NCBI GenBank assembly: GCA_938086785.1
Contig: CALKCM010000005.1
Coordinates: 501 to 64,500 of the forward strand
Length of the DNA: 64,000 nucleotides
Reading direction: 5' to 3'
DNA from: an uncultured Bacteroidia bacterium
Lineage (GTDB): Bacteria > Bacteroidota > Bacteroidia > NS11-12g > UBA955
Below the pieces are notes generated by a model, which saw only the letters and a list, made by a program, of their open reading frames with translations, was not told where the DNA came from and did not search any database. This document shows positions 49,392 through 58,665 of the stretch, one piece after another; the first letter of the stretch is position 1, and each line of letters starts with the position of its first letter. A program made the position numbers and the translations under genes.

Positions 49392-51686
49392 ATGACTTCC
49401 AATAAATCGAGTGATAAAGAGGTAAAGAAAAAAAAATCAGGTTTTCGTTTTATCCCAAGAATATGGTCATTGGCATTCGGTGCTTTAATTTTTGGCCTGC
49501 TGTTTTTCGTTCTTCTCACCATTGGTTTTATGGGAAGCATGCCGAACATCAAACAACTGGAGAATCCCAAAAACGCATTAAGTAGCGAGGTTCTTTCCGA
49601 AGACGGAAAATTACTTGGAAAGTATTACTTACAAAATAGAACTAAAATAAGTTACAAAGAAATTGCTAAATCTACTGTAGATGCCCTTGTAAGCACGGAG
49701 GATGAACGTTTCTATGAACATAGTGGTATTGATGCCCGTGCCATTGCCCGAGCTCTTAAAGGAATGGGCAAAGACGGAGGCGCAAGTACACTCACCCAAC
49801 AACTCGCAAAAAATCTATTTTCAGAGAAACCGAAAAGCAAGTTCATGCGAGTTATCCAGAAATTTAAAGAATGGATTATTGCGGTAAGGCTGGAAAAAAG
49901 GTATAGCAAGGATGAAATATTGACCATGTATTTGAACACGGTGCCATTTACTCACATATCTTGGGGAATTGATGCTGCTTCAAGAGAATTTTTCAACAAA
50001 GCACCTATAGACCTAAAATTAGAAGAATCAGCAGTCCTAATTGGAATGCTAAAGGCAAATACTGCATACAATCCAAAACGAAACCCAAAGGGCAGTAAAA
50101 AAAGAAGGAATATAGTTCTTGCACAAATGGTGCGTAATGGTAAATTAAGTAAAGAAGAATACGACCAAATAAAGGGCCAAGATATTGTTCTAGATTATCA
50201 CAAGGAAGAATATGAGGGAAAGGCCTCCTACTTTAGAGATTACCTAGCCAAATTCATGAAAAGTTGGTCTAAAAAGAATGGATATAATTTATATAAAAGT
50301 GGATTAAAAATTTATACAACACTTGATTATGATCTCCAGAAAAAAGCAGAAACTGCCGTACATACTCATATGCGAACTCTTCAAAAAGAATTTTTGAAGA
50401 GTTGGGGTAAATCTAATCCTTGGACTTACATAACAAATAGGTATAAAGAAATTCCCGAATTTGTTGAAAAAGCTTTTAGAAGAACACACCAATATCAAGT
50501 ACTAAAAAGACAGTTTAAAGGCGATGAAGAAAAGGTTTTCGCCAAGCTAAAAGAACCTATACCCATGACGGTATTCTCTTACAATGGGCCCATTGATACG
50601 GTAATGAGTCCATTTGACAGCATGTCCATGGCAAAAAAAATACTGCATGCGGGCTTTATCGCAGTTTCCCCTGAAAATGGGAATGTAAAAGCCTGGGTTG
50701 GAGGAGTAAATCATGAATTCTTTAAGTTTGATCACGTAAATACGGGAGTAAGACGGCAGGTGGGCTCCACCTTTAAACCTTTGGTTTATGCCACAGTTTT
50801 AGACATCAATAAAACTTCGCCCTGCAGCATGTGGCCCAACGAGCCTGTTACTATTGGGCATGGCCCAACTGCGTGGAGGCCAGGAAATGGCGGAAGTAAA
50901 GGAGGAGGCGAGTTAATGATGAAAGACGGCTTAGCCTACTCTAATAATTGGATTACTGCCCGTTTAATGAAAAGCTTGGGGCCAAGAGGTCCTCAATTGG
51001 TAATTAAGTTCGCAGAAAGAGTGGGTATTCAAAAAAACCGAATTGAGCCTATCCCATCGATCTGTTTAGGAACAGTTGAGTTAAGTCCTTTTGAAATGGC
51101 GGGATCCTTTATTCCATTTGTAAATAAAGGCCTTTGGATTGAACCTAACTTTATTGCACGAATTGAAGATGCCAATGGAAATATTGTATATGAAAATACA
51201 GAACCAAAGCATGATCAGGTATTGAGTGAAGAGAAGGCTTATCTCATGTATAAAATGCTTACAGGAGTAGTTGAGAAAGGAACTGGAAAGCGATTAACAG
51301 ACGGCAGGATGGGTCCCACACTTAGAAAACTTAAAGGAGTTGCCGGAGGTAAAACCGGAACCACTCAAGGAAGTGCAGACGGTTGGTTTATAGGTGTTAA
51401 CAGAAACTTAGTAGCCGTTACGTGGGTTGGAGCAGATGATCCCTCAGTACGCTTTAGAAATGGACGCTTAGGTCAGGGAGCTCATATGGCCCTTCCCATA
51501 TATGCCAATTTCATGAGAAGCATTTTAGAAGGGAAGCAAACCTTTAAATTAGATCTCAATATGATAGATAAGCCTACGGGTAATGGTGGGATTATGACCG
51601 ACTGTGGAATTGAGGTTCCGGATGAAGATTTCTTCAATATTGACCCCGATGAAAATAAAGATTTAGATTTAGATGATTTAGGTTAG
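49392..51686 (+). CDS. mrcA: class A penicillin-binding protein (PBP1A-type transglycosylase/transpeptidase)
   Basis: GT51 motifs ([21 protein letters not shown], RKxxE). Transpeptidase motifs STFKP, SNN and KTGTT. Confidence 0.9.
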   Translation: MTSNKSSDKEVKKKKSGFRFIPRIWSLAFGALIFGLLFFVLLTIGFMGSMPNIKQLENPKNALSSEVLSEDGKLLGKYYLQNRTKISYKEIAKSTVDALVSTEDERFYEHSGIDARAIARALKGMGKDGGASTLTQQLAKNLFSEKPKSKFMRVIQKFKEWIIAVRLEKRYSKDEILTMYLNTVPFTHISWGIDAASREFFNKAPIDLKLEESAVLIGMLKANTAYNPKRNPKGSKKRRNIVLAQMVRNGKLSKEEYDQIKGQDIVLDYHKEEYEGKASYFRDYLAKFMKSWSKKNGYNLYKSGLKIYTTLDYDLQKKAETAVHTHMRTLQKEFLKSWGKSNPWTYITNRYKEIPEFVEKAFRRTHQYQVLKRQFKGDEEKVFAKLKEPIPMTVFSYNGPIDTVMSPFDSMSMAKKILHAGFIAVSPENGNVKAWVGGVNHEFFKFDHVNTGVRRQVGSTFKPLVYATVLDINKTSPCSMWPNEPVTIGHGPTAWRPGNGGSKGGGELMMKDGLAYSNNWITARLMKSLGPRGPQLVIKFAERVGIQKNRIEPIPSICLGTVELSPFEMAGSFIPFVNKGLWIEPNFIARIEDANGNIVYENTEPKHDQVLSEEKAYLMYKMLTGVVEKGTGKRLTDGRMGPTLRKLKGVAGGKTGTTQGSADGWFIGVNRNLVAVTWVGADDPSVRFRNGRLGQGAHMALPIYANFMRSILEGKQTFKLDLNMIDKPTGNGGIMTDCGIEVPDEDFFNIDPDENKDLDLDDLG

Positions 51687-51723
51687 GAATAATCAAAATA
51701 GCATACTAATTTTGCAATTCGAA

Positions 51724-51972
51724 ATGAAAGCCGAGATACATCCAAGTAACTACAGAAAAGTTGTCTTTAAGGACATGAGTTGCGATTACGCATTTATGAC
51801 TCAGAGTTGTGTTGAAACAAAGGAAACGATAGAATGGGAAGATGGGAACGAATACCCTCTTTTCAAATTAGAGATTTCTTCTGAAAGCCATCCTTTTTAC
51901 ACAGGAAAGCAGAATTTAATTGATACCGCAGGACGTATTGATAAATTCATGAAGAGATACGGAAAAAAATAA
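51724..51972 (+). CDS. rpmE: 50S ribosomal protein L31, type B (no CxxC zinc motif)
   Basis: [17 protein letters not shown] ... HPFYTGKQ. The start is trimmed to the ATG at 51724. Confidence 0.85.
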   Translation: MKAEIHPSNYRKVVFKDMSCDYAFMTQSCVETKETIEWEDGNEYPLFKLEISSESHPFYTGKQNLIDTAGRIDKFMKRYGKK

Positions 51973-51990
51973 GACATTAAATTTAAGAAG

Positions 51991-52016
51991 AAAGCCGCTA
52001 CATGCGGCTTTTTTCA
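51991..52016 (+). terminator. intrinsic terminator after rpmE
   Basis: Stem AAGCCGC/GCGGCTT with a TACAT loop, followed by a run of six T. Confidence 0.7.
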
Positions 52017-52023
52017 TATAGGC

Positions 52024-53172
52024 ATGAAAATATCTTTCTTCGATGATCCATTAGTAACAGGGCTATACCCTCTTACTTTAACTAGGCCAGCAGCCGATCT
52101 TAGAATTGGTATAAGCAAAATCTCAGACAAATGGACTAGCGCACTCTCTGCAACATCCATCGGCTACGAAACGCAGCCATACTTGCAAGCGAAGTTCCCA
52201 AAAATAAATGCAGACCTAAACATAAATGGTCGACTTATACCTAGTGCCGATTTAATTTTAGCATTTCAGAATTTAAAAAACGGAGAACAATTAGAATCTG
52301 CTGATGGAACTGTTTTAGGAATTAAAGGAGACAACGCACAATCCAAACGCATTTTTGAGGGGAAGTATGATAGCATTGCTCGTCCATTCGATGTGTTTCT
52401 CAAAGCTGGAGAAAATATCCGTGCAGACATGGAAGGAATGAAATCCGAAAATACCCTGCACCCATCGGTCATTGTAATAGGTGATTTTCCCATTTATTTG
52501 GGTGATGGAGCCCAAGTGGTGGCCTGTACCTTAAATGCAACGGAAGGACCCATCTACATCGGCGAAAATGCAAGGATAATGGAAGGCAGTCTTATTCGGG
52601 GGCCATTTGCCATGTGCGAGAACAGTGTGGTAAAAATGGGTGCCAAAATCTATAAGGATACGGTTTTAGGACCAAGTTCTGTGGCTGGCGGCGAACTGAG
52701 TAATGTTGTTTTTCAAGGATTTAGCAATAAAGGCCATGATGGCTTCTTAGGCAATGCTGTTCTTGGAGAATGGTGCAATATTGGCGCAGATAGCAATTGC
52801 AGTAATTTGAAAAATAATTATGATGGCATTAAGATATGGAACTACGCCAGTTCTCGTTTCGAAAAAAGCAATCAACAATTCTGTGGACTTATCATGGGAG
52901 ATCACAGCAAATGTGGAATAAACACTATGTTTAATACAGGAACTGTTGTTGGAGTGGCCTGTAATCTATTTGGTAGCGGTTTTCCACGGAACTTCATTCC
53001 CGATTTTTCTTGGGGCGGTTCAGGAGGCTTTGTCAATCATAAACTGGATGCGGCTTGTAAAACAGCTTCTTTAGTCATGCCAAGGCGCCACAAGGAGTTT
53101 AATGAGGTGGAACGAGCCATATTAGAGGAAGTGCACTCCATTACCTCAGCATGGCGAAATTGGGAAAAGTAA
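52024..53172 (+). CDS. GlmU-related putative sugar-phosphate nucleotidyl/acyl-transferase with a left-handed beta-helix
   Basis: N-terminal nucleotidyltransferase-like region and C-terminal hexapeptide repeats. It resembles the 'alternative bacteroidotal GlmU-like' family. Confidence 0.6.
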   Translation: MKISFFDDPLVTGLYPLTLTRPAADLRIGISKISDKWTSALSATSIGYETQPYLQAKFPKINADLNINGRLIPSADLILAFQNLKNGEQLESADGTVLGIKGDNAQSKRIFEGKYDSIARPFDVFLKAGENIRADMEGMKSENTLHPSVIVIGDFPIYLGDGAQVVACTLNATEGPIYIGENARIMEGSLIRGPFAMCENSVVKMGAKIYKDTVLGPSSVAGGELSNVVFQGFSNKGHDGFLGNAVLGEWCNIGADSNCSNLKNNYDGIKIWNYASSRFEKSNQQFCGLIMGDHSKCGINTMFNTGTVVGVACNLFGSGFPRNFIPDFSWGGSGGFVNHKLDAACKTASLVMPRRHKEFNEVERAILEEVHSITSAWRNWEK

Positions 53173-53210
53173 ACCCTACTAAATCCCTCCATATATTCTA
53201 ATTTATTTAG

Positions 53211-54077
53211 CTACCCTTTGCGTTTGGCATAATAAGCCTTGGTGCGAATGTTAAGCAGAATGCCAATAAATATCACACCCGCACCGAGATACTGGGCAAT
53301 TGCATAGGTTTCATCAAATAGTAACATGCCGCTTATCGCTCCCCATATAATCCCTAAATAACTCATAGGGCTTATTCTACTAGCATCATCGGCTTGGTAG
53401 GCTGCAGTTAAGAAGGTTTGGCCAAGATGGGTTGCAAAACCAATGCTCAACAACCAGAACCATTCATAATTTAGAGGCCAAACCCATGTTTCGCCCGCAA
53501 TTAGAGTATAAATACTCACCAAGGGAATAGCTACCAAGGGAAAATAAAAAACCACCAATTGCGGATGCACCAGCCCTTTGAGCTTTTTGATGGAATTATA
53601 GGCAGCAGCCGAAAATAAAGCCCCAAAAAAACCAACTATTAAGCCAATAATGTTGGCATCCATAACACTTCCATTGACAATGTAAACACCAATAAAAATA
53701 AGTGAAAACCACAACCATTGAATGGTAAACACCTTTTCCTTAAAGAAGACCATCGCCAATATAGTAGTTAAGATGGGTGATAAACTATGAACAACAATGG
53801 CATTCCCCAATGGGAGTACCTGTAAGGTGTAATAAAAACAAAATAGTCCAATGGTTCCAAAAACACCACGCATAACCAGCCACTTACTATGTTTATTAAA
53901 AACCTTAAGCTTTAAACGCTGAGCTATCCAAAAGCTAATGAGCATTTGTACTCCTGCCCGAGCTATAATGATCTCACCTATGGGCAGGTGTTTCACCATT
54001 TTAACCCCAATATTCATGAGTGTAAAGGCTAAGCCTGCCCATAGCATCCAACCTATGCCGCTTACCCTAAATTTCAT
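53211..54077 (-). CDS. DMT superfamily (EamA-like) transporter
   Basis: 288 aa, 10 predicted TM helices and a two-fold EamA repeat pattern. Confidence 0.8.
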   Translation of the reverse strand: MKFRVSGIGWMLWAGLAFTLMNIGVKMVKHLPIGEIIIARAGVQMLISFWIAQRLKLKVFNKHSKWLVMRGVFGTIGLFCFYYTLQVLPLGNAIVVHSLSPILTTILAMVFFKEKVFTIQWLWFSLIFIGVYIVNGSVMDANIIGLIVGFFGALFSAAAYNSIKKLKGLVHPQLVVFYFPLVAIPLVSIYTLIAGETWVWPLNYEWFWLLSIGFATHLGQTFLTAAYQADDASRISPMSYLGIIWGAISGMLLFDETYAIAQYLGAGVIFIGILLNIRTKAYYAKRKG

Positions 54078-54846
54078 GCGCTTTCTTGAAATTAGAGAAA
54101 TAGGAATACATATACTTTAAACGACTCCCGTACCACGAACAAATTTCGCCATCAATAAGCATCACTTTCGCCGCAGGATTTAATTCTTCCAATTCTTCAA
54201 TATGCTTTTGCTTGAATGGAAAGGGCTCTGAACTCAATAAAATATAATCCAGATCGCTTTGCACCTCGGCATCAGATATGTGGGGATATCGTTGTTTATT
54301 GCAGGCGTTTTTAAAGCCAATATGCTCGCATAAATAATGGATAAAAGTCCGTGTTCCAACAGCAATATAAGGGTCGCGCCAAATTAAATATAGCATACTC
54401 CCCTGCAGCATTCCCCTGCTCCTCTCCCACTCTCTATCTATTTCATTTACAATAACTTGACCCCTCTCGCTTACCGCCAATATTTCAGCTAAAGAAAGCA
54501 TCATTTCACGAGCATCAGAGTACGTGGAAATATCACTCATCCAAACTGCAAATTCTGCTTGAAGTTCTTCTATTTGCCCCTGATCGTTCTCTTCTTTATT
54601 GCCAATAATTAAGTCTGGCTTTAAGGCGCTAATTTTATCTAAGTGTAGTTTTTTGGTTCCCCCAATTTTATAAGCAGAGGTAAACTGATCCTTTGGGTGA
54701 ATGCAAAATATGGTTTGACCGACCACATATTCTCCCAGGCCTAGGTCATATAAATACTCCGTTTGAGATGGCACCAATGAAACAATACGAGTAACTTCCT
54801 TGGAAATGGAAACCTCTCGGTTCATTTGATCCCTGTATATCTTCAT
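54067..54846 (-). CDS. BtuF/helical-backbone-type substrate-binding protein (cobalamin/iron-chelate class), no obvious signal peptide
   Basis: RIVSLVPSQTEYLYDLGL ... PDLIIGN pattern typical of class III periplasmic binding proteins. It overlaps the EamA gene by 11 nt. Confidence 0.55.
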   Translation of the reverse strand: MKIYRDQMNREVSISKEVTRIVSLVPSQTEYLYDLGLGEYVVGQTIFCIHPKDQFTSAYKIGGTKKLHLDKISALKPDLIIGNKEENDQGQIEELQAEFAVWMSDISTYSDAREMMLSLAEILAVSERGQVIVNEIDREWERSRGMLQGSMLYLIWRDPYIAVGTRTFIHYLCEHIGFKNACNKQRYPHISDAEVQSDLDYILLSSEPFPFKQKHIEELEELNPAAKVMLIDGEICSWYGSRLKYMYSYFSNFKKAHEI

Positions 54847-54856
54847 GCAAATAAGC

Positions 54857-56224
54857 TTACTCTACCGATTGTATTATATCAAATTGATTAATAATATGCC
54901 AGTTACCACCCAAGTCCATCACTAATACAGCAGGCGTTTCTTTACCTATTTGCTCGCTTACATCCTTTATTCCTGTATTAAAATGAACCACAGGCAAAGG
55001 ACCTTGCATGATCGATTTAATGGGAGAAGATTTTAAATCTGAATTTCTAAATAACTCACTGTATAAGTGCTTATCCTCTATAGCTCCTGTAAATGCGCCA
55101 GAATCGTTTACTATGGGTATAAGCGAAATATTGTATTTATCCATTTTATCTAAAGCCGCAGATGCTTCATCGTTTTCATTAAGAGTAACTAAGGGAAGGT
55201 GCTCATGGCTACGAATTAAATCCAAAGCCGTTATAATTGGAGTGGGTTCAATAAACCCTCTATCGCGCATCCAATCATCATTAAACATCTTTCCAAGGTA
55301 TCGAGTTCCATGATCATGGAAAATAACAACTACTTTATCGCCTTTTTTGAATTGACTCTTTACCTGCTCAAGTCCTGCCATAGCACTACCCGCACTGTTT
55401 CCTGCAAAAATGGCCTCTTCACGGGCAATTCTACGGGTATAAATAGCGGCATCTTTATCTGTTACTTTCTCAAAATGATCAATAACATCAAAGTTTACAT
55501 TAGCCGGCAAAAAATCTTCGCCTATCCCCTCTGTGATGTATGGATATATTTCGCTCTTATCAAACTCACCCGTATCTTTAAACTTTTTGAAAACAGAACC
55601 GTAGGTATCAATACCTATAATTTTAATGTCGGGGTTTTGTTCTTTCAAAAATCGACCTGTTCCACTAATTGTTCCCCCAGTTCCCGCACCCACAACTAAA
55701 TGGGTGATTTGGCCATCTGTTTGTTCCCAGAGCTCAGGTCCCGTTTGTTCGTAATGAGCAGTTGCATTGCTCGGATTATCATATTGATTTGGTTTCCACG
55801 CATTCGGAATTTCATCTGCCAATCGACTACTTACACTGTAATAAGACCTTGGATCCTCTGGCTCTACATCCGTAGGACAAACGATAACCTCAGCTCCAAA
55901 GGCTTTTAAAGCATCAACTTTTTCTTTACTTTGCTTATCAGTCGTTGTGAAAACACATTTATACCCTTTTATGATAGCAGCAATAGCTAGCCCCATACCC
56001 GTATTTCCACTAGTTCCCTCAACAATAGTGCCTCCTGGCTTTAAAGCACCACTTTTTTCGGCATCTTCAATCATTTTAAGAGCCATGCGATCCTTTATAC
56101 TGTTGCCAGGATTTGTGGTTTCTACTTTTACATAGACTTCACAAGGCCAGCCTTTGCACATATTATTTACTTTTACGAGCGGAGTATTGCCAATAGTTTC
56201 GAGTATATTGTTGTAAACCTTCAT
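54857..56224 (-). CDS. cystathionine beta-synthase-type PLP enzyme (CysK-like fold plus a CBS domain pair)
   Basis: PLP-Lys region (NPGNSIKDRMA), GTSGNTG, the GTGGTISG loop and a C-terminal tandem CBS region. Confidence 0.85.
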   Translation of the reverse strand: MKVYNNILETIGNTPLVKVNNMCKGWPCEVYVKVETTNPGNSIKDRMALKMIEDAEKSGALKPGGTIVEGTSGNTGMGLAIAAIIKGYKCVFTTTDKQSKEKVDALKAFGAEVIVCPTDVEPEDPRSYYSVSSRLADEIPNAWKPNQYDNPSNATAHYEQTGPELWEQTDGQITHLVVGAGTGGTISGTGRFLKEQNPDIKIIGIDTYGSVFKKFKDTGEFDKSEIYPYITEGIGEDFLPANVNFDVIDHFEKVTDKDAAIYTRRIAREEAIFAGNSAGSAMAGLEQVKSQFKKGDKVVVIFHDHGTRYLGKMFNDDWMRDRGFIEPTPIITALDLIRSHEHLPLVTLNENDEASAALDKMDKYNISLIPIVNDSGAFTGAIEDKHLYSELFRNSDLKSSPIKSIMQGPLPVVHFNTGIKDVSEQIGKETPAVLVMDLGGNWHIINQFDIIQSVE

Positions 56225-56310
56225 TTGCTGTACAAAATTAACGTTTATCTCATTAAATCACTTACATAATCAAGTTTAAATGAAGAACATTCCTTAACTA
56301 TATTTGCCTC

Positions 56311-56748
56311 ATGAAAAGAATTGCTTTGGGTATAATCTCCAGTCTTATCATTTTTCTTTACGCCTGTGGTGGTCCGAAGTATAGCGTCAGCAATTTACCA
56401 ATAAACTTTGTTGAAATGGGCAATGGCGGTGGATTCACCGGAGAGTACATCTACTATAAGATTGCTTCGAATGGCCAAGTTTTTACCTCTAAAAGTGGAG
56501 ATACAGCCTATGCAGAATATGGCGCAATACCAAAGAAAACCGCTAAAAATGCCTTTAAAATCTTGGGAGAAATGAAAGATAAGAGCATCAGCAAACCCGG
56601 CAATCTAAATTATTTCATCTTTCGAGCTGAAGGAGATTCCATGACCTCTTGGCTATGGAGTGATGACAAAATGCCTTCCGAAGAGATTTCAACCATCTAC
56701 ACCGCTTTAAACGAGGCTATTTCTGCCTTACCAGCATCAAATAAATAA
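56311..56748 (+). CDS. small lipoprotein, unknown function
   Basis: Lipobox (IIFLYAC) after a signal peptide, 145 aa in total. Confidence 0.45.
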   Translation: MKRIALGIISSLIIFLYACGGPKYSVSNLPINFVEMGNGGGFTGEYIYYKIASNGQVFTSKSGDTAYAEYGAIPKKTAKNAFKILGEMKDKSISKPGNLNYFIFRAEGDSMTSWLWSDDKMPSEEISTIYTALNEAISALPASNK

Positions 56749-56767
56749 GAAATCCTTAATTTGGTCT

Positions 56768-57697
56768 TTATTGAAGGCCTCTTCCCGTTTTATTCAACTT
56801 ACCTTCCTTCATCAAACGCAGTTTAACAGGATCTAATATCCCATTAATAAACTTAGAACTCGAAGGAGAGCTATGACTTTTAGCTAATTCAAGGTATTCA
56901 TTAATTGTTACTTTAACAGGGATATTTTCAAAGTACATAAACTCTGCCATAGCCATTTTCATAATGGTTAAATCTATAATAGAAATCCGACTCACTTCCC
57001 AGTTAGAAGATGTACTTGATATAAGCTCAATCAACGCTTCGTTGTTTGTTAAGGTTTCTTGAAACAATTGAATGCTAAAAATAACCTCATCTTGAGATTT
57101 GAGTACTGGTTTGGCCACTTTAGCCCCTGAGAGATGAATGGATTTAATCACCTTATTAACCTCGCGCTGCAAGGTAGGCTCATCATCGTTCCAAACACCA
57201 TACAATTCCTCCAACCATTCATGAAACTCCTCACATTCAGCAAAAAGATAATCGTAAAGGGTTTGGATTAGTTCCAATTGTTGTTCCCAATTAGGTTCTT
57301 CAAATACGATGTAGTCTTTTATAAACTCTTGCTCTTGAATCTTAGCCAAGACACGACCCATAGCTATTTCATCGCTTCTCCAATTAAGGGGTGAACCTTG
57401 AACAAAATCATGCGCCTTCTCAAAAAGGAACATGGCTGGTTTATTATTCTTTAGCCAAGAATTGGTTCGTATCGTATTTTGATTTGGGCTGTATTTGCTT
57501 TTCTCAACCTCTATTAAATCCTCCATCGCGTCGTTTAACGCAATTGGAAACTGAAGTAAAGCTAAGTATACTTGATACGTGTCTTGAAATGATTTGAATA
57601 AAGATTCTCTAATGTCCTTATCAAACTCTTTTGGAGTGCGATCCCATGCATACAAGTGCTGCATGGTTTTTATACGGGCGAGTCTTCTCGAAATCAT
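56768..57697 (-). CDS. nusB: transcription antitermination factor NusB (long bacteroidotal form)
   Basis: MISRRLARIKTMQHLYA N-terminus. C-terminal NusB core (DLTIMKMAMAEFMYF.NIPVKVTINEYLELAK ... KFINGILD). Confidence 0.7.
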   Translation of the reverse strand: MISRRLARIKTMQHLYAWDRTPKEFDKDIRESLFKSFQDTYQVYLALLQFPIALNDAMEDLIEVEKSKYSPNQNTIRTNSWLKNNKPAMFLFEKAHDFVQGSPLNWRSDEIAMGRVLAKIQEQEFIKDYIVFEEPNWEQQLELIQTLYDYLFAECEEFHEWLEELYGVWNDDEPTLQREVNKVIKSIHLSGAKVAKPVLKSQDEVIFSIQLFQETLTNNEALIELISSTSSNWEVSRISIIDLTIMKMAMAEFMYFENIPVKVTINEYLELAKSHSSPSSSKFINGILDPVKLRLMKEGKLNKTGRGLQ

Positions 57698-57765
57698 TTT
57701 ATAGAACGTGCTGTGTTTAACGGCTGCAAAAGTACACTTTTGTGTGTATCTGCAACAATTAATAT

Positions 57766-58005
57766 TTAATTATTATCGCGCCACTCATATACCCAGTTCG
57801 ATTGAATCATCTCTAAGTATCCTTCGTTGCAATCTTCTCGCTTTCCCTCGAAATTGGGCAATTCTAAAACCCATTCTAAAAGCTCAGTAAAACGTATTCG
57901 GTATATTTTGCCCTCATTAAAATCATCTCCAAACTTCTCATACAGCTTCATCGCTATATCCTCAAAGTCCGTCCATCCAATGGGTGGTTCATACATTTCA
58001 GCCAT
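57766..58005 (-). CDS. iscX: Fe-S assembly protein IscX
   Basis: 79 aa, alignable by eye to E. coli IscX (WTD..DIA..LY ... RFTEL..WV..L..F ... NE..LE.I...W). Confidence 0.65.
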   Translation of the reverse strand: MAEMYEPPIGWTDFEDIAMKLYEKFGDDFNEGKIYRIRFTELLEWVLELPNFEGKREDCNEGYLEMIQSNWVYEWRDNN

Positions 58006-58006
58006 A

Positions 58007-58336
58007 TTAATGTCCTATTATTCCTTTCTGTGTGGGTATGGTTACTACCAAATCCCCTTCTTTTTCTAGTTTGCACTGACAGGATAATCGACTATTGAAT
58101 CTAGGATTTCTAGCTCTATCCACATAATCCTCCTCTTTATCACTCATTTCTGGCATTAGTTCCTCTCCAGATTCCACATAAACCTGGCAAGTACTGCAAC
58201 CACAAACACCGCCACAATTATGGTTTAAGTTAATATCGTTATCTAAAGCCACTTCTAAGATAGACTCTCCCTCAAAAATCTCACACTCGAGCTCTTTGTT
58301 TTCGTCTGTTTCAAACTTAAAGGTTATTTTTCCCAT
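58007..58336 (-). CDS. fdx: ISC-type [2Fe-2S] ferredoxin (adrenodoxin-like)
   Basis: CGGVCGCSTCQV ... C cluster-ligand spacing, 109 aa. Confidence 0.85.
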   Translation of the reverse strand: MGKITFKFETDENKELECEIFEGESILEVALDNDINLNHNCGGVCGCSTCQVYVESGEELMPEMSDKEEDYVDRARNPRFNSRLSCQCKLEKEGDLVVTIPTQKGIIGH

Positions 58337-58347
58337 GATTTCTTTTG

Positions 58348-58355
58348 CAAAATTA
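58348..58355 (-). promoter_or_regulatory. candidate Bacteroidota -7 promoter box for fdx-iscX(-nusB)
   Basis: The minus strand reads TAATTTTG (TAnnTTTG consensus), 11 nt upstream of the fdx ATG. Confidence 0.4.
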
Positions 58356-58665
58356 CAACAAAGCAGTTCTAATTTAGGTTCACATTGAGCTATTTTTTAA
58401 TTTGGTATTTAAGAATGGGAAATTAGGCTATTCTTAAGCCCATCCCCTCTGTTGCATAACAAAAAGTGCGCTCTAGCCTTAAGCATAGTTTTTTTTAGAC
58501 AAGAGATTTAGTTGACAAATGCATGCAACAAACAATTCATTCTAAAATTTCAACTTCAATCTTTCGTATGCAACGCAAATTTATAAAGAATGAAAGTAGA
58601 ACTCTTAAAAGTCATTTCTTAGGAAGAAAAACACTGTTAATAGGCAAAGAGATGGCAATTCTTTT

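Noticed and set aside
55310-55909. Plus-strand ORFs of 129 and 69 aa inside the cystathionine beta-synthase gene
   Set aside because: They are antisense to a strongly supported PLP-enzyme gene and have no protein-like features.
56225-56310. Possible SAM or other riboswitch upstream of the cystathionine beta-synthase gene
   Set aside because: Only ~85 nt of AT-rich spacer is available, shared with a divergent gene. No conserved riboswitch core is visible.
58441-58580. GTTGCAT / ATGCAAC(x2) 7-nt inverted repeats upstream of fdx, considered as an IscR-like operator
   Set aside because: They are too short and too widely spaced (about 65-115 nt). They do not resemble the IscR type 1 or type 2 consensus as I remember it.
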